64,000 bases of DNA from Betaproteobacteria bacterium TMED82 (GTDB taxonomy: Bacteria; Pseudomonadota; Gammaproteobacteria; Burkholderiales; Burkholderiaceae_A). Below, piece after piece: positions 1 to 9,539 of this stretch. The stretch lies in NCBI GenBank assembly GCA_002170395.1, contig NHEJ01000007.1, positions 215,441 to 279,440 on the forward strand, in the 5' to 3' direction. The notes under the pieces are model-generated. The model was not told the DNA's origin, searched no databases, and saw nothing but the letters and a program-made list of their open reading frames with translations. The first letter of the stretch is position 1. Each line of letters begins with the position of its first letter. Made by a program: the position numbers and the translations under genes.

Positions 1-206
1 TGCCTGTTTTAGCTCGTGCTGCTGTTGCAGCAGGAATTTCTGGTATTTTTATGGAGACTCACCCAAATCCCGATAAGGCTCTATCTGATGGACCTAATGC
101 GGTTCCTTTGAAAATGATGGATTCGCTTGTAAGTCAACTTTGTGAGTTGGATCGCTCAATTAAAAAGATTGGTTTTATAGAAGGTGATAGGTTTTCTGAA
201 TCTTAA
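1..206 (+). CDS. kdsA: 3-deoxy-8-phosphooctulonate (KDO8P) synthase, C-terminal fragment; the 5' end lies outside the window
   Basis: Frame 3 is open from the window edge to TAA at 204-206. The translation [36 protein letters not shown]... matches the conserved KdsA C-terminus. It sits in kdsA-eno-ftsB synteny. Confidence 0.85.
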   Translation, partial: PVLARAAVAAGISGIFMETHPNPDKALSDGPNAVPLKMMDSLVSQLCELDRSIKKIGFIEGDRFSES

Positions 207-229
207 GATAAATTTTTTGAGGTGTATAA

Positions 230-1513
230 ATGAGTGCGATAGTTGACGTTTTAGCCAGAGAGATTCTAGACAGTAGAGGTAACCCTACAGTGGAGTGTGA
301 CATAGTTTTGGAGACAGGCGTTGTTGCTAGGGCCTCGGTACCAAGCGGAGCTTCTACTGGTTCTGCTGAGGCTGTTGAATTGAGAGATGGGGGAAACCGA
401 TTTTTTGGTAAAGGTGTTCAAAATGCTGTTAGTAATATCAAAAATGAAATTTTTGAGACCATAGTGGGTTTTGATGTAAGGGATCAGTTAGAGATTGACA
501 AGAAGCTTGTTGAATTGGATGGAACAGCTAAAAAATCTCGTCTTGGAGCTAATTCTGTTCTAGCAGTTTCACTTGCAGTTGCGAAAGCCGGGGCAGCTGA
601 TGCTCGAATGCCACTTTATAGATATTTAGGTGGTATTTCGGCGAAAAACTTACCTGTCCCGATGATGAATATAATCAACGGGGGTGCACATGCAAATAAT
701 AACTTGGATATTCAAGAGTTTATGATTGTGCCAGCTGGTTTTGAAACATTCAGTGAGTCATTACGCTGCGGTTGTGAGATATTCCAATCACTACGAGAGA
801 TTCTAAAACATAAAAATTTGTCTTGTGCGGTTGGGGACGAGGGTGGTTTTGCTCCAGCTGTGGCGAGTCATTTTGAAGCATTAGATTTGATTCTTGAGGC
901 TATAGAGAAGGCGGGCTATAAGCCAAAAAGTCAGGTTGCTCTTGCCTTGGATTGTGCCAGTTCAGAATTTTACATTGATGGAAAGTATGAGTTGAAGGCA
1001 GAGAAAAACAACTTGAGCCCCGACGAGTTTGTAAGTTTCTTGTCGTCTTTATGTAAAAAGTATCCTATTATTTCTGTTGAAGACGGGGCATCTGAAGACG
1101 ATTGGATTACTTGGGAAAAATTAACGGCTAGTTTAGGATCTAAAATTCAACTGGTGGGAGATGATCTTTTTGTGACAGATACGCAATTGCTAAAAAGGGG
1201 TATTGATCAGAAAATTGCTAATTCAATTTTAATTAAGGTTAATCAGATAGGAACACTGTCGGAATCCTTTGCAGCAGTAGCACTAGCCAAAGCAAATGGT
1301 TTTACGTCCGTTGTTTCTCATAGATCGGGTGAAACGGAGGACACCTCTATAGCTGATATAGCCGTAGGCGTTGATGCTTGTCAAATAAAAACTGGATCAT
1401 TATCAAGAACGGACAGAGTTTCAAAATACAACCAGCTTTTGAGGATAGAGGAAGATTTAGGTCCATGTGCTCATTTTCCAGGCTTCGACGCCTTTAAAAA
1501 CCGGGGATTTTAG
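230..1513 (+). CDS. eno: Enolase (phosphopyruvate hydratase)
   Basis: 427-aa ORF. The N-terminus [11 protein letters not shown] and the motifs SHRSGETED and IKxNQIGT are diagnostic for enolase. Confidence 0.98.
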   Translation: MSAIVDVLAREILDSRGNPTVECDIVLETGVVARASVPSGASTGSAEAVELRDGGNRFFGKGVQNAVSNIKNEIFETIVGFDVRDQLEIDKKLVELDGTAKKSRLGANSVLAVSLAVAKAGAADARMPLYRYLGGISAKNLPVPMMNIINGGAHANNNLDIQEFMIVPAGFETFSESLRCGCEIFQSLREILKHKNLSCAVGDEGGFAPAVASHFEALDLILEAIEKAGYKPKSQVALALDCASSEFYIDGKYELKAEKNNLSPDEFVSFLSSLCKKYPIISVEDGASEDDWITWEKLTASLGSKIQLVGDDLFVTDTQLLKRGIDQKIANSILIKVNQIGTLSESFAAVALAKANGFTSVVSHRSGETEDTSIADIAVGVDACQIKTGSLSRTDRVSKYNQLLRIEEDLGPCAHFPGFDAFKNRGF

Positions 1514-1514
1514 T

Positions 1515-1799
1515 TTGGTCAGTTGGTTTCGTGGGAATTTTTTTATAGCAGTACTTCTATTAGTATTGATATCTTGTCAATATCTACTATGGTTTGGCGA
1601 GGGAGGTTGGAGGCAGGTCTGGACAAAGGAGCAAAATTTGGCAAAGCTATCAGTAGATTTGGAGCAAGATAGAATATACTTAGAACGAATAAAAATAGAG
1701 ACGACAGACTTGAATGAGGGATATAAATTTGTCGAGGAGAGGGCTAGATTTGAACTTGGAATGAAAAAGTCAGGCGAACAATTCTTGATGTTTCGTTGA
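1515..1799 (+). CDS. ftsB: Cell division protein FtsB
   Basis: One TM helix followed by a coiled coil. LWFGEGGW and EERARFELGM match the FtsB motifs (E. coli LWFGKNG..EERARNELSM). The position after eno is conserved. The track start at 1467 overlaps eno, so TTG at 1515, just after the eno stop, is preferred. The start is uncertain. Confidence 0.8.
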   Translation: MVSWFRGNFFIAVLLLVLISCQYLLWFGEGGWRQVWTKEQNLAKLSVDLEQDRIYLERIKIETTDLNEGYKFVEERARFELGMKKSGEQFLMFR

Positions 1800-1825
1800 A
1801 ATAACTTACCGTCATTAAAGTTAAG

Positions 1826-2704
1826 TTAATATTGTGAAAAAAACACCCTGTTAATCTTGAATTCCTTACCACAGAACTCACACTTAGCCTCGATAAAGCC
1901 CTTCTCCCTGAGTAGATTACTTATCTCTTCCTTGTCTAATAACTTTAGGCAGTCGACAAATTTTTTTTTACTGCAGGAGCACCTAAAAATCGGCTCATTA
2001 GTTTTTAATCGCTCTGGAAATTCATCTTTTAATTGTTCAGTTATTGCCTGTTCCAAATCTAAATCCAAAGTATATTTAGCCATTAGTAGTTCTAATTTCT
2101 TCTTTATTATTGACCATTCCTTAGATTGTTTGTTTGCAAAATCTGGTAGTAACTGAAGTAACATTCCTATTGACTTTGCTGAACCACTTTTTAAAATCAT
2201 GTAAGATTTAAGTTGCTCCGATTTTGTTAAATAATTTTCTAGTATCTCTGACAAGGAGTTTCCATCAAGGGAAACAATTCCTTGATAAGGTTTGAGATTA
2301 GAAATATTTTGATTCAATACGACACTAAAAAAACCTTTATTTCCCCTATTTAACAACTCCTTAAAAGAGAATCCTTGATAGTTATCAATTTCCGAACTTT
2401 TAACAGTACTCCTGAAAGATGCATCGAATCTACATTCGGATACCGCCAAATTAATTAACCCACTGCCATGTATTTGCAGTGTTACAGAACCAGAGTGTTT
2501 AATTGATGAACTAAGCAAAACACTCGCCGAGGTAAGCTGACCTAAGATCTCAGTTGCCTGTTCTGGAGTATTAGAATGTCTTTTCAAAATATCTCCCCAG
2601 CCCTTAGTGAGGCTAACTATAGATAGTTTCGAGGTTCTTTTTTGGAACAGATACGTATTTATATAGTCGGTATTAAATTTAGAAATTTTTTCTAAGTTTT
2701 GCAT
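1826..2704 (-). CDS. hslO: Hsp33 redox-regulated chaperone
   Basis: 292 aa. The C-terminal zinc/redox switch CSCS...CEFCG (CxC...CxxC) and the overall length are typical of Hsp33. Confidence 0.9.
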   Translation of the reverse strand: MQNLEKISKFNTDYINTYLFQKRTSKLSIVSLTKGWGDILKRHSNTPEQATEILGQLTSASVLLSSSIKHSGSVTLQIHGSGLINLAVSECRFDASFRSTVKSSEIDNYQGFSFKELLNRGNKGFFSVVLNQNISNLKPYQGIVSLDGNSLSEILENYLTKSEQLKSYMILKSGSAKSIGMLLQLLPDFANKQSKEWSIIKKKLELLMAKYTLDLDLEQAITEQLKDEFPERLKTNEPIFRCSCSKKKFVDCLKLLDKEEISNLLREKGFIEAKCEFCGKEFKINRVFFSQY

Positions 2705-2823
2705 AAAAGTAATGAGTAAAAATTTCAGGTTCCAGTTTATGGTAAAGTTGTAGTTTTATAGTTTAAGAATAAGTTGTTAATTTTTTAAAATGTTTTCCTT
2801 GAAGATTGGAGATTTTGTAATTA

Positions 2824-3684
2824 ATGGGTATTTGTCATGATCTTAACGTTGATTTGCACACTCACTCATCAGCTTCAGACGGTGTTTTATCTCCAGAGAA
2901 TTTAGTCAAAAGAGCTGCTAATAATAAAGTTGATATTTTAGCTTTGACCGATCATGATAGTGTAGCTGGAATTTCTGAAGCTTTGGAAGTTTCCAGATCT
3001 ACTGACCTTCATTTTATACCCGGAGTTGAAATTTCAGTTTCCTGGGGCGGAGCTTGTATTCATTTAGTAGGTCTGGACGTGGACCATGAGAACACTGAAT
3101 TTCTGGGTGCTTTGTTAGGTATTCAGACGGGTAGACTGGAGCGGGCCAAGAGGATTGACGAGTCTCTCCAAAAAGAAGGTCTTCCCTCTTTATTGACTGC
3201 TGCATTAGATTTTTCTAAAAATTCTGGTCAAGTTGGAAGAACTCACTTTGCCAGAGCCTTAACAGAGAGAGGTTTTTGTGATTCTATCCAGGAAGTGTTT
3301 AGTAACTACCTGGTCAAAGGTAAGCCAGGTTATGTCGAACATTTGTGGCCAAGTTTGAAAGATGCTATGCATTGGATATCTCAAGCTGGAGGGACTGCCG
3401 TCATTGCCCATCCTGCCAGGTACAAAACATTAGGCGGTCATTTGTCTTATTTGTTAGAAGAGTTTTTATCGCTTGGGGGATCTGCAATTGAAGTTGCAAC
3501 AGGGAGTCACTCTTCAGTTGACATCAGAAGATTTCAAAGCATAGCGAACGAGTTTGGTTTTGATGCCTCAAGAGGTAGCGATTTTCATTGTCCTAATGAA
3601 AGTCGTTGTGATGTGGGACAGGCGCCTAATTTGCCAGATGGTACCATGCCTATATGGAATAAATGGGTTGGAGAGCTAATATAA
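2824..3684 (+). CDS. PHP-domain phosphoesterase (TrpH/YciV family)
   Basis: The N-terminal DLHTHSSASDG PHP metal motif, ALTDHDS and the length match the TrpH/YciV family. Confidence 0.85.
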   Translation: MGICHDLNVDLHTHSSASDGVLSPENLVKRAANNKVDILALTDHDSVAGISEALEVSRSTDLHFIPGVEISVSWGGACIHLVGLDVDHENTEFLGALLGIQTGRLERAKRIDESLQKEGLPSLLTAALDFSKNSGQVGRTHFARALTERGFCDSIQEVFSNYLVKGKPGYVEHLWPSLKDAMHWISQAGGTAVIAHPARYKTLGGHLSYLLEEFLSLGGSAIEVATGSHSSVDIRRFQSIANEFGFDASRGSDFHCPNESRCDVGQAPNLPDGTMPIWNKWVGELI

Positions 3685-3685
3685 A

Positions 3686-4888
3686 ATGTATTCGGAAAGA
3701 GTATTGTCTGGAATGAGGCCAACTGGTCCCCTTCATCTTGGTCACTATCATGGTGTTCTAAAAAATTGGCTAAGTTTACAATCTGAATTCGAGTGTCTGT
3801 TTTTCGTTGCAGATTGGCATGCTTTAACAACCCACTATGACAATCCAGAGATTGTTTCTAACAATGTTTGGGAAATGGTTATAGATTGGCTAGCAGCAGG
3901 TGTTGATCCGAGCCAAGCTACGTTGTTTGTTCAGTCTAGGGTCCCAGAGCATGCAGAATTACATTTATTGTTGTCTATGGCTACTCCATTGGGTTGGTTG
4001 GAAAGAGTACCAAGTTTCAAAGACCAACAAGAAAAGATTACCGACAAGGATCTCTCTACCTACGGGTTTCTTGGATATCCCCTTTTACAGTCTGCAGATA
4101 TTCTCATATACAGAGCTGACAAGGTTCCAGTTGGAGAGGATCAGGTACCACATGTAGAATTGACTAGAGAGATAGCAAGGCGATTTAATCATTTGTTTGG
4201 TAGAGAGGATAATTTTGAAAAAAAAGCAGAAGAGGCAAGTAAAAAACTTGGAGGTAAAAGAAGTAAGCTTATTTTACAATTGAGACAAAATTTTAACGAA
4301 AAAGGAGATACCTCTTCTTTAGAGAGAGCAAAAGCAATTCTCCAGGATTCTCAAAATTTAACAATGGATGATAGGGAATTACTTTTTGGTTTTCTTGAGG
4401 GTGCGAAACGGCTGATTCTGGTTGAACCGCAACCGCTGTTGACAAAAAATTCAAAACTTCCCGGGCTGGATGGTCAAAAAATGTCTAAAAGCTATGGTAA
4501 TGCGATTAAAATGAGAGAGGATGTCGACTCAGTAGTTTTAAAGCTCAAGAAAATGCCTACGGATCCAGCTAGAGTAAGGCGCAACGATCCTGGAAGCCCC
4601 GAAAGATGCCCAGTGTGGCCTTTACATAAAATATACTCGAATCCTTCATCACTATCTTGGGTGCGAGAGGGTTGTACCTCCGCCTCAATCGGTTGTTTGG
4701 AATGCAAAACTCCGCTGATAGATCTAGTCACTGATGAACAGAAGAAGTTTAAAGAGAACGCTAAACCGTATGAGGAAGACTTGGGAGTAGTCAAGAATAT
4801 AATTTCTGACGGGTGTGAGAGAGCTAGAGAGTTAGCTAAGCAAACTATGAGGGATGTAAGAGAATCAATGGGTCTAGATTACTCGTAA
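3686..4888 (+). CDS. trpS: Tryptophan--tRNA ligase, long form with a C-terminal four-Cys motif
   Basis: [15 protein letters not shown] (HIGH-type motif) and KMSKS are present. The 400-aa form carries C308-x21-C330-x6-C337-x2-C340. Confidence 0.95.
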   Translation: MYSERVLSGMRPTGPLHLGHYHGVLKNWLSLQSEFECLFFVADWHALTTHYDNPEIVSNNVWEMVIDWLAAGVDPSQATLFVQSRVPEHAELHLLLSMATPLGWLERVPSFKDQQEKITDKDLSTYGFLGYPLLQSADILIYRADKVPVGEDQVPHVELTREIARRFNHLFGREDNFEKKAEEASKKLGGKRSKLILQLRQNFNEKGDTSSLERAKAILQDSQNLTMDDRELLFGFLEGAKRLILVEPQPLLTKNSKLPGLDGQKMSKSYGNAIKMREDVDSVVLKLKKMPTDPARVRRNDPGSPERCPVWPLHKIYSNPSSLSWVREGCTSASIGCLECKTPLIDLVTDEQKKFKENAKPYEEDLGVVKNIISDGCERARELAKQTMRDVRESMGLDYS

Positions 4889-4895
4889 ACTTGAT

Positions 4896-5804
4896 ATGAA
4901 CTTACCTAGAGGTAGCATCGTGGCACTAGTAACTCCAATGAAGAAGGACGGTTCATTGGACAAGAACGCCTTCAAAAGATTAATTGATTGGCATATAGAG
5001 AGTGGTACAAGCGCATTAGTTGTTGTAGGTACAACAGGAGAGTCCCCTTCAGTTGATTTCAACGAACATGTTTCACTCATAGAATTAGCGGTGTCACATT
5101 CGGCACGGCGAATTGCTATTATCGCAGGCACAGGAGCTAACTCTACCTCGGAAGCAATTTTATTAACTAAGGAAGCAAAAAAAATTGGAGTCGATGCCTC
5201 TCTACAAGTTGTTCCTTATTATAATAAGCCAACTCAATCTGGGCTATATAGGCATTTTTATGCGATAGCTGAGTCAGTCGACTTGCCAATAATTCTTTAT
5301 AATGTGCCAGGCCGCACCGTAGCTGATTTGTCTAACGACACAGTGTTAAAGTTATCCGAGATAAAAAATATTATTGGAATTAAAGATGCGACATCTGATA
5401 TTGGTAGGGCGCAGTGGTTACTAAGAGAGTTACCTGCCGACTTTTTAGTTTTTAGTGGAGATGACATAACTGCCATTGCGCTAATGATGCTTGGTGGTGC
5501 CGGAAATATTTCTGTAACTGCAAATGTGATTCCGAGAGTCATGGCCAACTTATGTCGAAATGCTATGGAAGGAGATGTAAAAAAAGCAATTGCAATGAAC
5601 AAAATTTTATTACCTCTGCACTCTTCTTTGTTTTTGGAAGCCAACCCAATTCCAGTTAAGTGGTTAATGTTTAAAATGGGATTAATTGAGGAGGCTATTA
5701 GGTTACCCTTAAGTCTTCCTGATGAAAAAACAAAAAGAAGATTAGTTGAAATGTTAGAGTTAATTGATCATGTGAATGAATTTTATTTTGAGAGGTCTTT
5801 TTAA
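4896..5804 (+). CDS. dapA: 4-hydroxy-tetrahydrodipicolinate synthase
   Basis: 302 aa. [15 protein letters not shown] and the IKDA active-site Lys region are present. It sits in dapA-bamC synteny. Confidence 0.95.
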   Translation: MNLPRGSIVALVTPMKKDGSLDKNAFKRLIDWHIESGTSALVVVGTTGESPSVDFNEHVSLIELAVSHSARRIAIIAGTGANSTSEAILLTKEAKKIGVDASLQVVPYYNKPTQSGLYRHFYAIAESVDLPIILYNVPGRTVADLSNDTVLKLSEIKNIIGIKDATSDIGRAQWLLRELPADFLVFSGDDITAIALMMLGGAGNISVTANVIPRVMANLCRNAMEGDVKKAIAMNKILLPLHSSLFLEANPIPVKWLMFKMGLIEEAIRLPLSLPDEKTKRRLVEMLELIDHVNEFYFERSF

Positions 5805-6901
5805 TGAGTAGCTTTTTAAGGTTGGTTAAATTCAGTCTAATGCTTCAGTTTTTAGTGCTGTTTAGTGGGTGTGCGTTTTTTGGTGAAGAAAAGGCAAATA
5901 TTAGTAATAGAGGCGGTTCAAACTATTTGGAGGTACCGCCTGATTTAATTTCTCCTCGGAGAGATTTGAAATATGGAATACCAGATACCGGAGGAGCAAG
6001 GCTTTCTGATTATGGAGAAAGAACGGGGACTTTGGCTGAAGGTAAAATTAGTAGCGTTCTACCAGAAGTTCCAGGTATGAGAATTAAGAAGCTATCAAAT
6101 CAGAGAATTCTAATTGTCCAAAAGGAGCCTAAAAAAATATGGCCTTTACTCAAATCTTTCTGGGTTGACGCCGGATTTTCGATAGAAAGTGAGGTCCCAG
6201 AAACAGGGTTAATCGAGACTGAATGGTTAGAGGATAGGTCTAAACTACCAGATGATTTCATTCGTAGTACGCTTGGGAAAATATTCGATCAAGTTTATGA
6301 TACCGGTGAGCGAGATAAATTCCGGATGCGATTAGAGAGAATAGAAAAAGAATATTCTGAAATCTCGATTACACATAAAGGCTTAATAGAAATCGCCTCT
6401 AATGACAGGGCGGATCCGACAGTTGTTTGGACTAATAAAACACCAGATCACCAACTAGAGGAGATTTATTTGAGAAGGTTGATGAAGTATCTTGGAGCGT
6501 CCGAGGAAGAGTCCAATGCGCCAACTCAAACTGTCAGAAAAGATTTTGTTTTTTTAAAAACAGAAAAACAAATACAATTCATACAGATTGATGAAGATTT
6601 CCCTACTGCTTGGAGAATTTTATCGACTGCTATTGACAGAGTTGGGTTTGAGGTAGAGGACAGAGCTAGGTCTGACGGAAAAATTTACCTCAAGTATACT
6701 GATGGTGATAATAAAATCGAAAAAAGTTTTTTCTCTAGAATATTTTCCTCAGACGATAATGAGCAAATTGCTCGAACTTATGTCGTTACAATTGAATCGT
6801 CAGGAAAAAGTTCAATTGTCAAGGTAAAACCAGAGAATGAAAGTGGAAGCGACGCTACTTCTCAAAATATTATTTCCATAATTTTTGAACAGCTGGTTTG
6901 A
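5804..6901 (+). CDS. bamC: Outer-membrane protein assembly lipoprotein BamC (NlpB)
   Basis: Lipoprotein signal with the lipobox LFSGC. The start overlaps the dapA stop by 1 nt. The position downstream of dapA is conserved. Confidence 0.75.
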   Translation: MSSFLRLVKFSLMLQFLVLFSGCAFFGEEKANISNRGGSNYLEVPPDLISPRRDLKYGIPDTGGARLSDYGERTGTLAEGKISSVLPEVPGMRIKKLSNQRILIVQKEPKKIWPLLKSFWVDAGFSIESEVPETGLIETEWLEDRSKLPDDFIRSTLGKIFDQVYDTGERDKFRMRLERIEKEYSEISITHKGLIEIASNDRADPTVVWTNKTPDHQLEEIYLRRLMKYLGASEEESNAPTQTVRKDFVFLKTEKQIQFIQIDEDFPTAWRILSTAIDRVGFEVEDRARSDGKIYLKYTDGDNKIEKSFFSRIFSSDDNEQIARTYVVTIESSGKSSIVKVKPENESGSDATSQNIISIIFEQLV

Positions 6902-7674
6902 TGAGGTTTTGCTGTCTGGCTAGTGGAAGCGAGGGTAACGCCTCTCTTGTGGAATCGGGAGAAAGCCCTACTCGGTTGCTGATTGATTGTGGTGTTAGCC
7001 CTGGGCTTTTAAGGGAAAAGCTTCATGTCAAAGGTTTATCCATTGAGGATTTAGATGGGGTTTTAGTGACTCACGAGCACGGAGATCATATTCGGGGTAT
7101 TAAGGGATTACTAGGTGATAAGAGTTTATCAATACTTATGACTTATGGCTCGTACTCTGCAAGTTTTTGCAGAAAGGTAAAGAAATTTTCCCCTATTATC
7201 ATTTCCCCACATAAATCTTTTGAATTTAAAGAGCTTAAATTGATGCCGTTTCCCGTACCGCATGATGCCAGAGAACCTATAGCGCTTGTTTTAGATGATG
7301 GAAAATACAAACTTGGGGTTTTGACAGATGCTGGGACTATAACTAAGCATATGCAGGAAACCTTGAAGGGAATGGATGGACTTATTTTAGAGTTTAATTA
7401 TGATCGAGACCTTCTAATTCAATCGTCTTACCCGCAAGTCTTAAAGGATCGTATATCCTCAGGAGTAGGGCATCTTTCAAACGATAAAGCAGCACTACTT
7501 TTACGAAAGATTGTGCACAAAAAAATGCAAGTCATCGTTGCTGCACACTTAAGTCAGACGAATAACAGTATGGCCATCGTGAAGTCTTACGTTGATAATT
7601 CACTTGGAAACTTCAATCCAAAATTAATAATTGCTTCTCAGGGGGAAGGGACGGACTGGATAACTTTAGTGTAG
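6898..7674 (+). CDS. MBL-fold metallo-hydrolase
   Basis: The THEHGDH metal-binding motif is present and the length is 258 aa. It overlaps bamC by 4 nt. Confidence 0.8.
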   Translation: MMRFCCLASGSEGNASLVESGESPTRLLIDCGVSPGLLREKLHVKGLSIEDLDGVLVTHEHGDHIRGIKGLLGDKSLSILMTYGSYSASFCRKVKKFSPIIISPHKSFEFKELKLMPFPVPHDAREPIALVLDDGKYKLGVLTDAGTITKHMQETLKGMDGLILEFNYDRDLLIQSSYPQVLKDRISSGVGHLSNDKAALLLRKIVHKKMQVIVAAHLSQTNNSMAIVKSYVDNSLGNFNPKLIIASQGEGTDWITLV

Positions 7675-8457
7675 TCTATTTTTATTTTCTTGTTCAAGAT
7701 TTAAATTATTAAATATTGAAATTGTGGAAGCATAGTAAGATCCATGAGCGATCGACATTATAATAAGGGTTAGAGGAAATATACTAATAAAGATGGCCTG
7801 TTTTGTTTGGGTGATACTGGTGAAAAATGACACTAATAATGATGCAACCAGTAAAATTACGATCCAGAAAAATAGATAAACTAAGAAACTTTTCCAATTC
7901 AATAAAACTGCGAAAAATGAATAAAATAGGGCTTTAGTAGCCGGAAGGTTTCCCCAAACGACTAGTTGTGGAGCGAACCAAAAAGCCATAATAACTGGTA
8001 TATATGCAAAAACCCCAATAAAAATTGCGGGCTGTAAAGAGTTAGTTTCAATGTTCTTTGTGTTTTGACTGAGGACATCAGTTAAAGATCTACCGTCCAA
8101 TAGAATAACGATACCTAATAGAACAAAAAGGGCTATAAAGTATGCAATACCAAGAAATAAAAGTTGTAATTTCGCATTGCTTAAAAAGCCAGATATGAGT
8201 ATTTTTGGTCGCGGCAACTGGTCCGAATCAATAGCCTTAGCCAGAGCCACAAAGCCAAAAGCTAGGCCGGGAGATAAAATTAGAGAAACAAAGAAACCAA
8301 AAATTGGGATTAGTCCAAAGATGAACATCGCCGTCCAATAACTTAGCAAAGATAGAATCCAAACTAAAGGCTGTTTCTTAAATAAGAGGTAGCCCTCTCT
8401 TAACCACACCCCCCCTTCACTGGTTTCTACGATAATCGGTTGACTGTATTCTTTCAA
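7666..8457 (-). CDS. Polytopic inner-membrane protein of unknown function
   Basis: 263 aa with several long hydrophobic helices. It overlaps thrB by 4 nt, so the two are probably co-transcribed. I recognised no catalytic motif. Confidence 0.5.
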   Translation of the reverse strand: MKEYSQPIIVETSEGGVWLREGYLLFKKQPLVWILSLLSYWTAMFIFGLIPIFGFFVSLILSPGLAFGFVALAKAIDSDQLPRPKILISGFLSNAKLQLLFLGIAYFIALFVLLGIVILLDGRSLTDVLSQNTKNIETNSLQPAIFIGVFAYIPVIMAFWFAPQLVVWGNLPATKALFYSFFAVLLNWKSFLVYLFFWIVILLVASLLVSFFTSITQTKQAIFISIFPLTLIIMSIAHGSYYASTISIFNNLNLEQENKNRLH

Positions 8458-9473
8458 AGGATTTGTTCCATTTCATTCTGTCTATTAATTAAAATTCTCT
8501 CAAATTGTATCGGATTTTTAGGATTTAAAAGAGCAGCACTTCTTGGTTTAAACCAGTCAAATAACCTCGAAATCCAAAAGCGAAACGCTGCTCCACGAAG
8601 AACTACTGGCCAAGCCTCTCTTTCTGAATCAGTTAGCCTTCGAACTTCTTCATAGCCCGTTAAGAGAGCTTCATACTTATTAGGGTAGAATCTTCCATAA
8701 TTATTTTCTTTCTCATCGATAGCCCAGTCATTCATGCACACGGCTAAATCAAAAATTAAAGAATCAAAGCCTGCAAAATAAAAATCTATTATTCCTCTCA
8801 ATTCATCTTGAGATCGAATATAGTTACCCGTCTTTGGACTATGGTAATCTTTTAAAAGTGGTTTCTTTGCGAACAGAGCATTATCACGAAATAAATCAGC
8901 ATGAATAATTGCTTTAGGCAAAGAGCGACAGAGTTTTGAGTCATTGAAATCTATTTGGTGATTGAGTTCTTTTATCAATAGGTTATTTTGATCTGCACTA
9001 ACATAGGTAAGTAATTGTGGAATCGTTCTTTTCCACCATGATAAACCTCTTGTGTTTTTATTAGACTTAGTAAAATCCAGAGCATCTTCGTGGGCGATAG
9101 CTAAAGCTCTACCAATTTGGGAACAGTGAGATGACGTGGGATCATTCACTATTTTACCTTCAAGACGACTGACAATGGCGGCTGGTTTGGATTTACACGT
9201 TAGGATAATTTTCCCAGTTTTGCTTAAAATAGGCAGGGGGCAAGGCGTTCTTTTTTTTGCTAAATGCCGCATAAAATATAGGTAAAAAGATGCCTCAGTC
9301 TTTGACAACTTCTCAAATAAAGTCAGCACGTAGTCCCCTGTTGTGGTGTAAATGAAGTAATTTGTGTTTTCTATTCCTTCGCGAATACCTTCAAACTCAG
9401 ATAACCTACCTAAATCGTAATTATCTAGAAATTCTTCTAAGTTTGAAGTAGATACTTTTGAAAAAACAGCCAT
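8454..9473 (-). CDS. thrB: Homoserine kinase, APH/choline-kinase-fold (Pseudomonas-type ThrB)
   Basis: The N-terminus MAVFSKVS...LEEFLDNYDLGRL..EGIREGIENTNYF closely parallels Pseudomonas-type ThrB. The IHADLFRDN catalytic loop is present. Confidence 0.85.
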   Translation of the reverse strand: MAVFSKVSTSNLEEFLDNYDLGRLSEFEGIREGIENTNYFIYTTTGDYVLTLFEKLSKTEASFYLYFMRHLAKKRTPCPLPILSKTGKIILTCKSKPAAIVSRLEGKIVNDPTSSHCSQIGRALAIAHEDALDFTKSNKNTRGLSWWKRTIPQLLTYVSADQNNLLIKELNHQIDFNDSKLCRSLPKAIIHADLFRDNALFAKKPLLKDYHSPKTGNYIRSQDELRGIIDFYFAGFDSLIFDLAVCMNDWAIDEKENNYGRFYPNKYEALLTGYEEVRRLTDSEREAWPVVLRGAAFRFWISRLFDWFKPRSAALLNPKNPIQFERILINRQNEMEQIL

Positions 9474-9539
9474 AATTATATGTAAGCATTAGATTGATAG
9501 AGTCTACCTTTATGAGTTTAAATTCAAATTAGCCAGTTT

